A stretch of 32,000 bases of DNA, from assembly GCA_963843975.1 (NCBI GenBank), contig CAWJMG010000001.1, forward strand, positions 1,140,001-1,172,000, in the 5' to 3' direction. Every line of letters starts with the position of its first letter. Positions within the stretch are counted from its first letter, which is position 1. Below the pieces are notes generated by a model. That model worked only from the letters and a program-made list of their open reading frames with translations. It did not search any database and was not told the DNA's origin. Positions 1-8,236 of this stretch are shown here, piece after piece. The position numbers were made by a program, and so were the translations under genes. Origin of the DNA: an uncultured Actinomycetes bacterium. GTDB taxonomy: Bacteria > Actinomycetota > Actinomycetes > S36-B12 > CAIYMF01.

Positions 1-311
1 ACCGTCAGCGAGCCTCCGTTGGCGCGTCCCAGGACGTCTGCGGCCGCACCCTCCGCGATCGCCAGCCGTAGACCCCGGTCTGCAGCAATGTGCTCGGCTT
101 CGGCATCGTGGACCTTGGGTCCGAACTGCACCACCACCCCGCGCAGGGACTGCACGGCGTAGTAGGCGACGAGGAACTCCGCACGGTTGCCGATAGCCAG
201 CCCGACCTCGTCACCGGGGCCGATCCTGTCGGCGAGTCCTTGCGCGAGGCGTTGGGTGGCGTCGAGGAAGTCCGCGCACGTCAGCTCGAAGCCGTCGTCG
301 AAGATGATCAT
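1..311 (-). CDS. AMP-dependent synthetase/ligase (acyl-CoA synthetase family), N-terminal ~103 codons; the gene runs off the left edge
   Basis: Absent from the ORF track because there is no stop inside the window. Manual reverse-strand translation from the ATG at 311-309 gives MIIFDDGFELTCADFLDATQRLAQGLADRIGPGDEVGLAIGNRAEFLVAYYAVQSLRGVVVQFGPK... This resembles the N-terminus of adenylate-forming enzymes. GGAG lies ~8 nt upstream. Confidence 0.55.
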   Translation of the reverse strand, partial: MIIFDDGFELTCADFLDATQRLAQGLADRIGPGDEVGLAIGNRAEFLVAYYAVQSLRGVVVQFGPKVHDAEAEHIAADRGLRLAIAEGAAADVLGRANGGSLT

Positions 312-451
312 GGGTCGTGCTCCGGCGTCACGCAGGTGACGCACCATCACGTGAAGTACTGGCCGCAGTGGCACCTCGGTGAAAGCAGCCGGCATATCCG
401 GCGGCCAGCTCGGGGTGCCGGCGAGCGTGGCTGCCTCGGTCACCATGCTGA

Positions 452-1591
452 TCAGAGCTCGACGCGGGGCACGTGGACCCGCTGGCCGAGCACCACGAGC
501 TCGGACCAGTCGCCGCGCGAGGAGATGACGTCATTACCGGTGCTGCGCACGTGGACGGTGTCTTCGACCGAGATCAGGACCGGCGTGGTGATCGCCGGCT
601 CCAGCGAGTAGAACGAGCCTTCGGGCACGAGCTCGTGAGGGTCGCTCTCGGCCCACAGCAAGTGGTGCTCGTGCGGATGGAGGCCGATGGCGTGCCCCAG
701 GAAGTACGACGACCAGTTCTCCAGACCGGCCTCGCGCATGAACCCGAGGTACATCTCGTAGACGCCGAGCGAGGTCATGCCGGGGCGCATGCTCATCATC
801 GTGCGGTGATGTGTCGCCTGCATCATCCGGTAGGCATCGGCGATCTCCGGCTGTACGGGCGATGCCGCGATCATGCGCTGGACGTCACCGAAGTACCCGT
901 TCACCGTGCAGCCCATCTCGATGTTGATGAGCTCCTCGGGCTTGATCGGCACATCACGCCAGGCCATCCGCAGTCCGGTGTCGTTGCCCCACCTCAGCGC
1001 GAGCCATGAGACCGTGTCGGCCCCGTGGTGCACCACGGCCTCGTTGAGCTTGTGGGCGAACTCGCGTTCGGTGATGCCGACCTCGGAGTCCGCGACGGCA
1101 TCAGCGATACCGCGCTCGAGCGCCTGCGAAGCCAGCAGCATGTGCTCCGCCTCGTCTGCCGCCTTGGCCGCGCGGATGCGGGTGAGGGGAGTGTCCACCC
1201 CCCGGAGGTCGATGGCCGGGAACTCGCTGCGGAGGGCATCTGCTACTGCCATGGGCAGCTGCTCGACCTCCGTGCCGACAGTGGCATTGCCGAGCCCAAG
1301 CTCGTGCAGCAGTGCGATGAGCGCGGTAACGGGCCACTCAGGGTGCTCGAAGAACGTGACTTCCACGCCGTCGCGGACCGTGTCGAACACGTACGGGTCG
1401 AACCAGTCGGGGGCCAGAAGGATCCGCCGGGTCGGGGTCCAGACGACCCAGGTGCGCTCCTCGGCGCCCCAGCCGGCAACGGGGAAATCCACACCGCTCA
1501 GATGCCGGAGCGTCGCGCGGGTGTAGCCGATGATCGCGTCGAGATCGTGCTCGGCGAACAGGCCGTCCATGCTGTCCTGCGTCTGGGTCAT
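452..1591 (-). CDS. M24-family metallopeptidase (Xaa-Pro dipeptidase / creatinase-like)
   Basis: Track ORF 452..1675(-). I prefer the internal ATG at 1591 (MTQTQDSMDGLF...) because GAGAGGA sits 5-6 nt upstream. The C-terminal half looks like a pita-bread fold (INIEMGCTVNGYFGDVQR, FLGHAIGLHPHE, SLEPAI...VEDTV). Confidence 0.85.
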   Translation of the reverse strand: MTQTQDSMDGLFAEHDLDAIIGYTRATLRHLSGVDFPVAGWGAEERTWVVWTPTRRILLAPDWFDPYVFDTVRDGVEVTFFEHPEWPVTALIALLHELGLGNATVGTEVEQLPMAVADALRSEFPAIDLRGVDTPLTRIRAAKAADEAEHMLLASQALERGIADAVADSEVGITEREFAHKLNEAVVHHGADTVSWLALRWGNDTGLRMAWRDVPIKPEELINIEMGCTVNGYFGDVQRMIAASPVQPEIADAYRMMQATHHRTMMSMRPGMTSLGVYEMYLGFMREAGLENWSSYFLGHAIGLHPHEHHLLWAESDPHELVPEGSFYSLEPAITTPVLISVEDTVHVRSTGNDVISSRGDWSELVVLGQRVHVPRVEL

Positions 1592-1711
1592 CGCGGTCCT
1601 CTCGTGGCTCGGGTGCTTCATCGGCTCAGGCGTACCTGAACCGCGCCGGACCATCAGTGGCTGGCTGTGCGGCAATGTGCACGGCCGCCGCTAGGTGGAA
1701 GTCCGATCTGG

Positions 1712-2284
1712 TCATAAGGGGATCAGCGCATCGAGCAGATCGTCGAGGAGAGCGAGCTGACGCTTGGTGGGCCACGCTTCCGGGCTCAGCTGTGAGTCGA
1801 GCACAATGCCGCCGGCGAAGGCGTGCAGCAGGTCTGCGACGGCCGGGACGCGCCGCCTCGGAACCAAGCTCTTCAGCCGGTCCCGGAGCATCTCGCGCAC
1901 GACGTCGTCGAACTCGAGCAGCACGGCGCGGCTGTCCGGGTCGTTGTCAGCGAGCAGCGCGAGCCGGGCCCGCTCCTCCTCCTGGCCACGCGCGTTGACC
2001 GGGAGCAGCCAGATCATGAACGCCCGGAGGCGGTCGCGAGGCTCGCTGTGCTTCTCATCCAGCTCGACGAGAGCAGCGCGCCACACGTCGCAGATCTGAT
2101 GAGCCAGGTCAGTCATGAGCTCCTGACGATTGGCATAGTAGTGAGTCACCATCGTCAGCGATCCGCCCATCTCAGCGGCGATGCTGCGGAGCGAGAGGCC
2201 GGCTGCCCCATCCCGGGCGAGCAGCCTGATGGAGATGTTGGCGATGTCGCGGCGGCGCTCGTCGTGATCAACCACACGAGGCAT
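1712..2284 (-). CDS. TetR/AcrR-family transcriptional regulator
   Basis: Lies inside track ORF 1712..2725(-). The in-frame ATG at 2284 (MPRVVDHDERRRDIANISIRLLARDGAAGLSLRSIAAEMGGSLTMVTHYYANRQEL) is preceded by GGAGAGGAG. The N-terminal HTH is typical of TetR. The gene is divergent from the ABC transporter. Confidence 0.9.
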   Translation of the reverse strand: MPRVVDHDERRRDIANISIRLLARDGAAGLSLRSIAAEMGGSLTMVTHYYANRQELMTDLAHQICDVWRAALVELDEKHSEPRDRLRAFMIWLLPVNARGQEEERARLALLADNDPDSRAVLLEFDDVVREMLRDRLKSLVPRRRVPAVADLLHAFAGGIVLDSQLSPEAWPTKRQLALLDDLLDALIPL

Positions 2285-2311
2285 CTGCGCTGCTCCTCTC
2301 CACCAGAGTCT

Positions 2312-2338
2312 CGTCTGTAATGCCTTCTGCAACAGACG
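2312..2338. promoter_or_regulatory. Inverted repeat CGTCTGT-N13-ACAGACG in the TetR/transporter divergent intergenic region (candidate operator)
   Basis: Read directly: cgtctgt at 2312-2318 and acagacg at 2332-2338. Located 28-54 bp upstream of the TetR start. Confidence 0.35.
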
Positions 2339-2364
2339 GTTGTGCGGCTCAGTCGGCGCGCCAG

Positions 2365-2390
2365 TTTTGTATGCTAAGTGATACACAAAA
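2365..2390. promoter_or_regulatory. AT-rich inverted repeat TTTTGT-N14-ACAAAA (candidate promoter/operator)
   Basis: ttttgtatgctaagtgatacacaaaa is a conspicuous AT-rich island in GC-rich DNA. It lies between the divergent TetR and binding-protein genes. Confidence 0.3.
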
Positions 2391-2530
2391 GTCCGGTCAA
2401 GGTCTTGCCGTGGCTTCATCCGAGGTAGTAGAACACTCGCCATACAACGCCCTGGAGGGCCTCCCTCCCGGTGCGGCCTCACCCGGGAGTCGACCGACGC
2501 CCGCAGCTGCGACAGGCGAGGGAGTCTGCA

Positions 2531-4205
2531 ATGAACCGGCAACGACGGGACCCACGTGCGGCCTTCGCTGCGCGGCCGCTCGCGGTCGCCACCCTGGGAT
2601 GCGCACTGCTTCTCGCGGGATGCACTTCGGGCTCTGAATCGCCGAGCCCCACAGAGAGCTGCAGGAGCTTCGAGCGAGGCGACACCGTTGACGCCTGCGG
2701 CCAAGGGGCCGCTCGACGCCATCACCTGGAACCTCGGCGGGGGTGAGCCGGCCTCCCTCGACTACAGCTACACCTGGGACACCGGCCCGGGGAACATGGT
2801 CCTGGCGAACCTGTGCGACAACCTGATGCGCCAGAACCCGGATTCCACATACTCCCCAGCCCTCGCCACGGCGGTCTCAACGCCGGACGACACCACCTAC
2901 GTCTACGACCTGCGCGAAGGCGTCACCTTCAGCGACGGGAAGCTGCATGACGGCCGACGATGTCGTATTCAGCCTGCAGCGACAGGTGAACCCCGACACC
3001 GGGTCTTACTGGGGCGTGTGGTTCCAGAATGTGGCAAGCGTGACGAAGACCGGCCCCATGCAGGTCACCGTCCAGCTCAAGTCGCCTGACGTCCTCTTCG
3101 GCCAGATGATGGCAACGCCCGCTGGAGCCGTGGTCCAGAAGGCCTACGTCGAGACGAAGGGCAAGGACTACGGAACCGCTGGGGGCGGCGTCATGTGCAC
3201 GGGCCCGTACGAGCTGACGAAGTGGTCCACCGGCGCTGGAATCACGATCACCGCGCGCGACGACTACTGGGACGCGGCGCTCAAGCCCAAGGTGAAGACC
3301 GTCAGCTTCACGTTCGTGCGGGATCCCGCCACCGTCACGAATGGGCTTCTGACCGGCTCCATCGACGGCACCTGGACGACTCCCATCTCCGGACTCACGC
3401 AGCTCAAGGCAGGGGCCAACGGCAAGGTCTGGTCGAACGGCGGCACATGGTCGACCATGCTCAGCATGATGGCTTCTCCGGGGCGCTGAAGGATCCTCGG
3501 ATCCGCCAGGCCCTGCAGAAGTCGATCGACTACGACGGCATCACCACGGGCCTCCTTCAGGGGACGGGTGTCCCGGCCGTTTCTGTCGCCGGGCCGGCCT
3601 ACTGGGGCTACGCGCAGGACACCTACCGGGCGGCCGCCGAGGCCCTTCCCCCGGCCAAGCAGGACCTGGCCGCTGCCAAGGCGCTGGTTGATGCGGCCGG
3701 TGCCCCTAGCGCACCGATCGTCATCGCCTTCGACTCTGGTGACACCATCGCCGCCTCGACGGTCGCCTCCGTACAGGACTCGGCCAAGAAGATCGGCCTC
3801 TCGGTGGAACTCAAGCCGCTGCCGTTCAACACGCTCACCACGCTCTTCTACGACCCCGAAGCGCGCAAGGGCGTTGACGCCGTCTACTCCACCAGCAGCG
3901 GGGACATCCCCGAGCCGGTGGAGGTGTTCGCCCAGTTCGTGTCCTCGTCCCCGCTGAACTACACCGGCTACGTCAACGCCGCGTACGACGACGCCGTGGC
4001 CAATGCACGGGCCACCACCGATCCCGACAAGCGGGCGACCCTGGCCACGGAGGCGCAGGCCTCCGCAGCGGAAATCGTGCAGACCTTCCTGCCGCTGTCG
4101 AACAACCAGGTGCTGCTTTACCTCAACAACCGTGTTACCGGCGCTCCCGTCAACTCGTTGAGCTCGCTGTACTACCCGTGGGCGGCGACACTGGGAGCTC
4201 CGTGA
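2531..4205 (+). pseudogene. Family-5 (DppA/OppA-type) peptide ABC substrate-binding lipoprotein, disrupted by at least three single-base frameshifts
   Basis: - **Fragmentation:** homologous sequence is spread over four overlapping track ORFs in different frames.
- **Piece 1:** 2471..2746, with ATG at 2531, GGGAG RBS and signal peptide plus lipobox LLLAGC.
- **Piece 2:** 2556..3089 (DAITWNLGGGEPASLDYSY...REGVTFSDGKL).
- **Piece 3:** 2947..3489 (MTADDVVFSLQRQVNPDTG...GPYELTKW...).
- **Piece 4:** 3195..4205 (GALKDPRIRQALQKSIDYDGI... to the stop).
- **Shift positions:** about 2640-2700, at 2946 (an extra c between CTG and ATG), and about 3460-3472. Confidence 0.8.
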
Positions 4206-5152
4206 TCCGGTTCCTGCTCGGGCGGCTCGGGCGCCTGGTCGCGATCCTCGCCTTCGCCAGCATGCTGGTGTTCGGAGCCGTGTACCTGGCGCCCGGGTCG
4301 CCGATCAGCGTGCTGTCCGGCGGTCGCACGCTCACCCCAGAACAGGTGCAGCAGCTGACCGAGCAGTACCACCTCGATGATCCGCTGTGGACCCGCTACT
4401 GGGCCTGGCTCAGCGGCGTCCTGCAGGGCGACTTCGGCCGGTCGCTGGTAAGCAAGGAACCCGTGTCGGCACTCATCGCGGATCGAGCCGGGACAACCCT
4501 TGCCCTCGTGCTCTACGCCACCCTGCTCATCGTCGTGATCGGGCTCACCCTCGGTGCCGTCGCGGCGCTGCGCGGCAGACCGACCGACACCGCGATCGTC
4601 ATGGGCACCGGCGCGATCGCGGCCGTTCCATCCTTCGTGGCCGCCACCGTTCTGGTGTCGGTGTTCGCAGTCCGCCTCGCGTGGTTCCCCGTGTTCGGGG
4701 ACGGCGCGGGCACCGGCGTCGCCGGCCGGCTCTGGCACCTCACGCTCCCCGCGATCGCGCTCGCCCTCGCATCCATGGGAGTGACGGCCCGGGTCACACG
4801 CACCTCGGTGCTGCAGGAGCGGGACAACGAGTTCGTCCACGTCGCGAGGAACCGTGGGCTGCCCACCGGCCGCATCCTTCGCAGGCATGTCTTCCGTAAC
4901 GCCCTTATCCCGGTGACCGCAGCGCTCGGGATCACTGTGGCCGGCCTCATCGCCGGCTCCGTCGTGGTGGAGCAGGCGTTCGCGCTCAACGGCTTGGGGA
5001 CGCTGCTGATCCAGGCCGTAGCGGTCGACGACTTCGCGGTGGTCCAGGCCGTCACACTCATCCTCGTGACGGCGTTCGTCGTGGTGAATACCGTCGCGGA
5101 CGTCGTGCACCCTCTGCTGGACCCGCGTCTGCAGAAGTGGCACACGGCGTGA
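4202..5152 (+). CDS. Peptide ABC transporter permease (DppB/OppB-like)
   Basis: Track ORF 4178..5152. The GTG at 4202 overlaps the binding-protein TGA (GTGA), giving VIRFLLGRLGRLV... The protein has multiple TM segments and an EAA-like loop (ARNRGLPTGRILRRHVFRNALIP). Confidence 0.9.
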   Translation: MIRFLLGRLGRLVAILAFASMLVFGAVYLAPGSPISVLSGGRTLTPEQVQQLTEQYHLDDPLWTRYWAWLSGVLQGDFGRSLVSKEPVSALIADRAGTTLALVLYATLLIVVIGLTLGAVAALRGRPTDTAIVMGTGAIAAVPSFVAATVLVSVFAVRLAWFPVFGDGAGTGVAGRLWHLTLPAIALALASMGVTARVTRTSVLQERDNEFVHVARNRGLPTGRILRRHVFRNALIPVTAALGITVAGLIAGSVVVEQAFALNGLGTLLIQAVAVDDFAVVQAVTLILVTAFVVVNTVADVVHPLLDPRLQKWHTA

Positions 5153-6012
5153 GCGCGATCTCGGCACCCGCCTCGGGTCTGCGCCGCCCCTTCGCACGCC
5201 TGTCCCGGATGGGCGGGGCGATGATCGTCTCGTCGGTCTTCCTCATGGCCCTGGTGGCGGTGGCAGTGCTGGCCCCGCTGCTCGCGCCGTACGACCCAGA
5301 CGAGACAGACCTGTCCGCCATCTACGAGGGCGTCTCCGCCAGCCACCCGCTGGGCACCGACGAGCTCGGCCGCGACACCCTGTCGCGGCTCATCTGGGCC
5401 ACCCGCGTGAGCCTGGCCGCGCCGCTCCTGGTGATCCTCTTCGCCACCGCGCTCGGCTTGGCGATCGCGCTCGCCACCGCGTGGCGGGGCGGCCGCTTCG
5501 ACTCGCTGACCACGGGCGGGCTCGACATCCTGCTGGGCTTCCCGGGGATCCTGCTCGCGATCCTCGCCGTCGCCTTCTTCGGCGCCGGCCTCGCTGCGCC
5601 CGTCGTGGCGCTGACGATCGCCTACACGCCCTACTTCGCCCGGCTCACCCGCACGGTCGCCAAGCGGGAGATGTCGCAGATCTACGTCGCCGCGCTCACC
5701 CAGCTCGGCTACGGCGGGCTGCGGACGACGATCCGCCACGTGGCGCCGAACATCATGCCCTTCGCGATCGCGCAGGCCGCCATCCTCTTCGCGTACGCCA
5801 CCGTCGACCTCGCGGCGCTGTCCTTCCTCGGGCTCGGCGTCCAGCCGCCGCAGGCCGACTGGGGGAGCATGGTCGCGGTGGGCCAGAGCGGCGTGCTCCA
5901 GGGGCACCCCATCCCCGCGGTCAGCGCAGGCGTGATGATCATCCTCACCGTGATGGCCCTCAACGTCCTCGGCGAGGGCATCGCCTCCCGAGCCCAGGGG
6001 AGGGAACGATGA
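5149..6012 (+). CDS. Peptide ABC transporter permease (DppC/OppC-like)
   Basis: Track ORF 5137..6012. The GTG at 5149 overlaps the upstream TGA (GTGA). Motifs HPLGTDELGRD and YVAALTQLGYGGLRTTIRHVAPN are typical of the family. The alternative start is at 5137. Confidence 0.88.
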   Translation: MSAISAPASGLRRPFARLSRMGGAMIVSSVFLMALVAVAVLAPLLAPYDPDETDLSAIYEGVSASHPLGTDELGRDTLSRLIWATRVSLAAPLLVILFATALGLAIALATAWRGGRFDSLTTGGLDILLGFPGILLAILAVAFFGAGLAAPVVALTIAYTPYFARLTRTVAKREMSQIYVAALTQLGYGGLRTTIRHVAPNIMPFAIAQAAILFAYATVDLAALSFLGLGVQPPQADWGSMVAVGQSGVLQGHPIPAVSAGVMIILTVMALNVLGEGIASRAQGRER

Positions 6013-7004
6013 GCGCCCTCCTGGAGATCCGCGACCTCGACCTCCAGGTGGCCGCGGATGGCGCCCGGCGCATGATCCTGCGATCCGTGTCGCTGGGGAT
6101 CGCCGCGGGTGAGGCGCTCGGCCTCGTCGGCGAGTCGGGCTCGGGCAAGTCGATGACCGCTCGCGCGGTGACCGGCATGCTCCCCGCCGGCTCGTCCACA
6201 CGCGGCGAGGTGCTCTTCGACGGCGTCCGGCTCGGCGACATGGGCAGGCGCGCGCTCGCCGAGCACCGTCGGAGCGCCGTGGCCCTCATCCCTCAGGACC
6301 CCCGCGCCTCGATCAACCCCGTCCACACTGTCGGTGACTTCCTCACCGAGCCGCTGCGAGTCGTGCAAGGGCTCAGCGCCGGCGATGCCAGGGCGCGCGC
6401 GATCGCGTCGCTGAAGGACGTGGGCATCGGGGACGGGCAGCGCCGCCTCGAGCAGTACCCGCACGAGCTCTCCGGCGGCCTTCTCCAGCGCGTGATGATC
6501 TGCGCCGCGCTCCTCTCGGGCGCCCGACTGATCGTCGCTGACGAGCCGACCACCGCGCTCGACGTCACGACGCAGTCGGAGGTCATGGCGATCCTCGACG
6601 AGCTGCGCAGCAGCCGGCAGCTGTCGCTGCTGTTCATCACACACGACCTCGAGCTGGCGGCGGCCGTGTGCGACCGGATCGCGGTCATGTACGCAGGCGA
6701 GATCGTCGAGGTGGCGACCGCCCACCAGCTCGAAGAGGACCCCCGCCACCCCTACACGCGGGGTCTGCTGCTGTCCCGCCCCAGCATCGACGCCGTGACG
6801 CACCCCCTGCCGTCGATCCCCGGCCGCGCCATCTCGCCGCACGATGCCGGCGACGGCTGCGCCTTCGCCGCGCGCTGCGCCCACGCGCTCGAGCAGTGCG
6901 GTGCCGGGCATCCGGCGCTCGCCCTGCATGACGGAGCGCTGGTGCGATGCGTGCGCGCGGACGAGATCGGCCGCGACTTGCTCGGCGAGGCGGCACAGCG
7001 ATGA
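6009..7004 (+). CDS. Peptide ABC transporter ATP-binding protein (DppD/OppD-like)
   Basis: Lies inside track ORF 5481..7004. The ATG at 6009 overlaps the upstream TGA (ATGA). Walker A GESGSGKS, signature LSGGLLQR, Walker B LIVADEPT, and a C-terminal oligopeptide-type extension are present. Confidence 0.92.
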   Translation: MSALLEIRDLDLQVAADGARRMILRSVSLGIAAGEALGLVGESGSGKSMTARAVTGMLPAGSSTRGEVLFDGVRLGDMGRRALAEHRRSAVALIPQDPRASINPVHTVGDFLTEPLRVVQGLSAGDARARAIASLKDVGIGDGQRRLEQYPHELSGGLLQRVMICAALLSGARLIVADEPTTALDVTTQSEVMAILDELRSSRQLSLLFITHDLELAAAVCDRIAVMYAGEIVEVATAHQLEEDPRHPYTRGLLLSRPSIDAVTHPLPSIPGRAISPHDAGDGCAFAARCAHALEQCGAGHPALALHDGALVRCVRADEIGRDLLGEAAQR

Positions 7005-7837
7005 GCGGGCCGATCCTCGAAGCGCACGGCATCACCAAGGTGTTCGCGGCGCGCCGCGGGAGCGCCGAGGCCGACGTCGTCGCCGTCCACGACGTGTCGT
7101 TCGCACTCGATCGTGGCGGATCCACCGCCATCGTCGGCGAATCGGGCAGCGGCAAGACCACACTGGCGCGCATCATCTGCGGCCTCGAGACGGCCACGCG
7201 CGGCGAGGTCCTCTTCGACGGCGAGCCGCGCGTCGCGACGGGGAGAGCCCGCGACCGGCTGCACGCAGCCAAGCAGATCCAGATGGTGTTCCAGGACCCA
7301 TACAGTTCGCTGGATCCCCGGCAGACCGGGTTCGCCTGCCTCGATGAGACGCTCCGCGTGCACACCGAGCTGTCGGCGCGGGGGCGCCGGGACGTGGTGG
7401 CCGGTCTGGGCGATCAGGTGGGGCTTGGCGAGAAGGAGCTGCAGGCGACGCCGCGGCGCCTGTCGGGCGGCCAGCGCCAACGCCTGGCCATCGCCCGCGC
7501 ACTCGCCGTCGAGCCGTCGGTCCTAGTGCTCGATGAAGCCGTGTCGGCGCTCGACGTGTCGGTACAGGCTCAGATCGTCAACCTGCTCGTCGACCTGCGC
7601 CGGGCTCGCGGGCTGTCCTACGTCTTCGTCTCCCACGACCTCGCCGTCGTCCGACAGATCAGCGAACAGGTCATCGTCATGCGTTCGGGGACTGTGGTCG
7701 AGCGCGGTGCGACGGCCGACGTCCTGGGGAACCCGCAGGCCGCCTACACCAGGCTCCTGCGGGAGAGCGTGCCCCGCCGTGGCTGGAAGCCGCAGCGTTC
7801 GCTCGGGCTGCCCGGGCCGTCGGACGCTGGACCGTGA
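7001..7837 (+). CDS. Peptide ABC transporter ATP-binding protein (DppF/OppF-like)
   Basis: Lies inside track ORF 6947..7837. The ATG at 7001 overlaps the upstream TGA (ATGA). Walker A GESGSGKT, signature LSGGQRQR and Walker B LVLDEAVS are present. Confidence 0.92.
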   Translation: MSGPILEAHGITKVFAARRGSAEADVVAVHDVSFALDRGGSTAIVGESGSGKTTLARIICGLETATRGEVLFDGEPRVATGRARDRLHAAKQIQMVFQDPYSSLDPRQTGFACLDETLRVHTELSARGRRDVVAGLGDQVGLGEKELQATPRRLSGGQRQRLAIARALAVEPSVLVLDEAVSALDVSVQAQIVNLLVDLRRARGLSYVFVSHDLAVVRQISEQVIVMRSGTVVERGATADVLGNPQAAYTRLLRESVPRRGWKPQRSLGLPGPSDAGP

Positions 7838-7841
7838 GGGA

Positions 7842-7910
7842 AGGTCCGACACAGCAACGTGGCGCCGGGGTCCACGGACTGCCTCGACCGACCGGGTCGA
7901 GGTCCGACAC
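7842..7910 (+). repeat. Two copies of the 11-mer AGGTCCGACAC (7842-7852 and 7900-7910) bracketing a small hairpin CTCGACC-N5-GGTCGAG (7882-7900)
   Basis: Read directly in the non-coding DNA just after the ABC operon stop at 7837. Confidence 0.6.
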
Positions 7911-7990
7911 GGATCGCAGACAACCCCGCTGAGCATGAGGCCAGCCGGCGTTGTCTCCGGCCGTGACGGAGATCTGGGTACGCCCGGCGT

Positions 7991-8024
7991 GCCATTTCCT
8001 GTGCCATTTCTGCGGGCCATTTCC
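7991..8024 (+). repeat. Three direct copies of GCCATTTC(C/T) spaced 12-13 bp apart
   Basis: gccatttcc at 7991-7999, gccatttct at 8003-8011, gccatttcc at 8016-8024. The motif is AT-richer than its surroundings and sits ~80 bp upstream of the tRNA remnant. Confidence 0.65.
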
Positions 8025-8105
8025 GGCCTGATCTGACGGCTCCGAGGCCGGAAACCGTTGGCGCGCTTGTGCTCAGGGCATCGGCTGAGCACGGCCCGGG
8101 GCGCG

Positions 8106-8147
8106 CTACGGATCAGAAGGTTAGAGGTTCGAGTCCTCTCGGGCGCG
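8106..8147 (+). other. 3' remnant of tRNA-Arg (anticodon ACG): anticodon loop, 3' anticodon stem, variable loop, T-arm and 3' acceptor strand. Not a complete tRNA gene.
   Basis: The sequence parses as ctacgga / tcaga / aggtt / agagg-ttcgagt-cctct / cgggcgc / g. That gives a canonical GGTTCGAGTCC T-arm with a perfect 5-bp stem. From memory it is near-identical to the 3' half of actinobacterial tRNA-Arg(ACG), ...CTACGGATCAGAAGGTTGCAGGTTCGAATCCTGCCGGGCGCA. The 5 nt before the loop (gcgcg) cannot pair with tcaga. No GCGCCCG acceptor strand or D-arm lies at the correct distance upstream. Confidence 0.7.
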
Positions 8148-8173
8148 CGTTGTTTGAGACAGCAGCACGACCA

Positions 8174-8212
8174 GGCCGGCGCACCGACGGGTGCAGGCCG
8201 GCCTCGTTGTTT
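8174..8212 (+). terminator. Rho-independent-type terminator following the tRNA remnant
   Basis: Stem ggccggcgcacc / ggtgc(ag)gccggcc with loop gacg, followed by tcgttgttt. It also lies just past the stop of the convergent minus-strand gene at 8237. Confidence 0.55.
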
Positions 8213-8236
8213 CCCGCCATCGGCAGTGCCGACGTG

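Noticed and set aside
8061-8147. A possible complete tRNA, including a long class II or selenocysteine tRNA because of the TCA in ggatcagaagg.
   Set aside because: No 5' acceptor strand complementary to CGGGCGC exists at any workable distance, and the best candidate pairs only 5 of 7. The gctcag...ctgagc hairpin has a 12-nt loop and the wrong spacing for a D-arm. The base before TCA is A rather than the near-universal U33. The 3' part is class I with only a 5-nt variable loop. Only the 3' half is tRNA-like.
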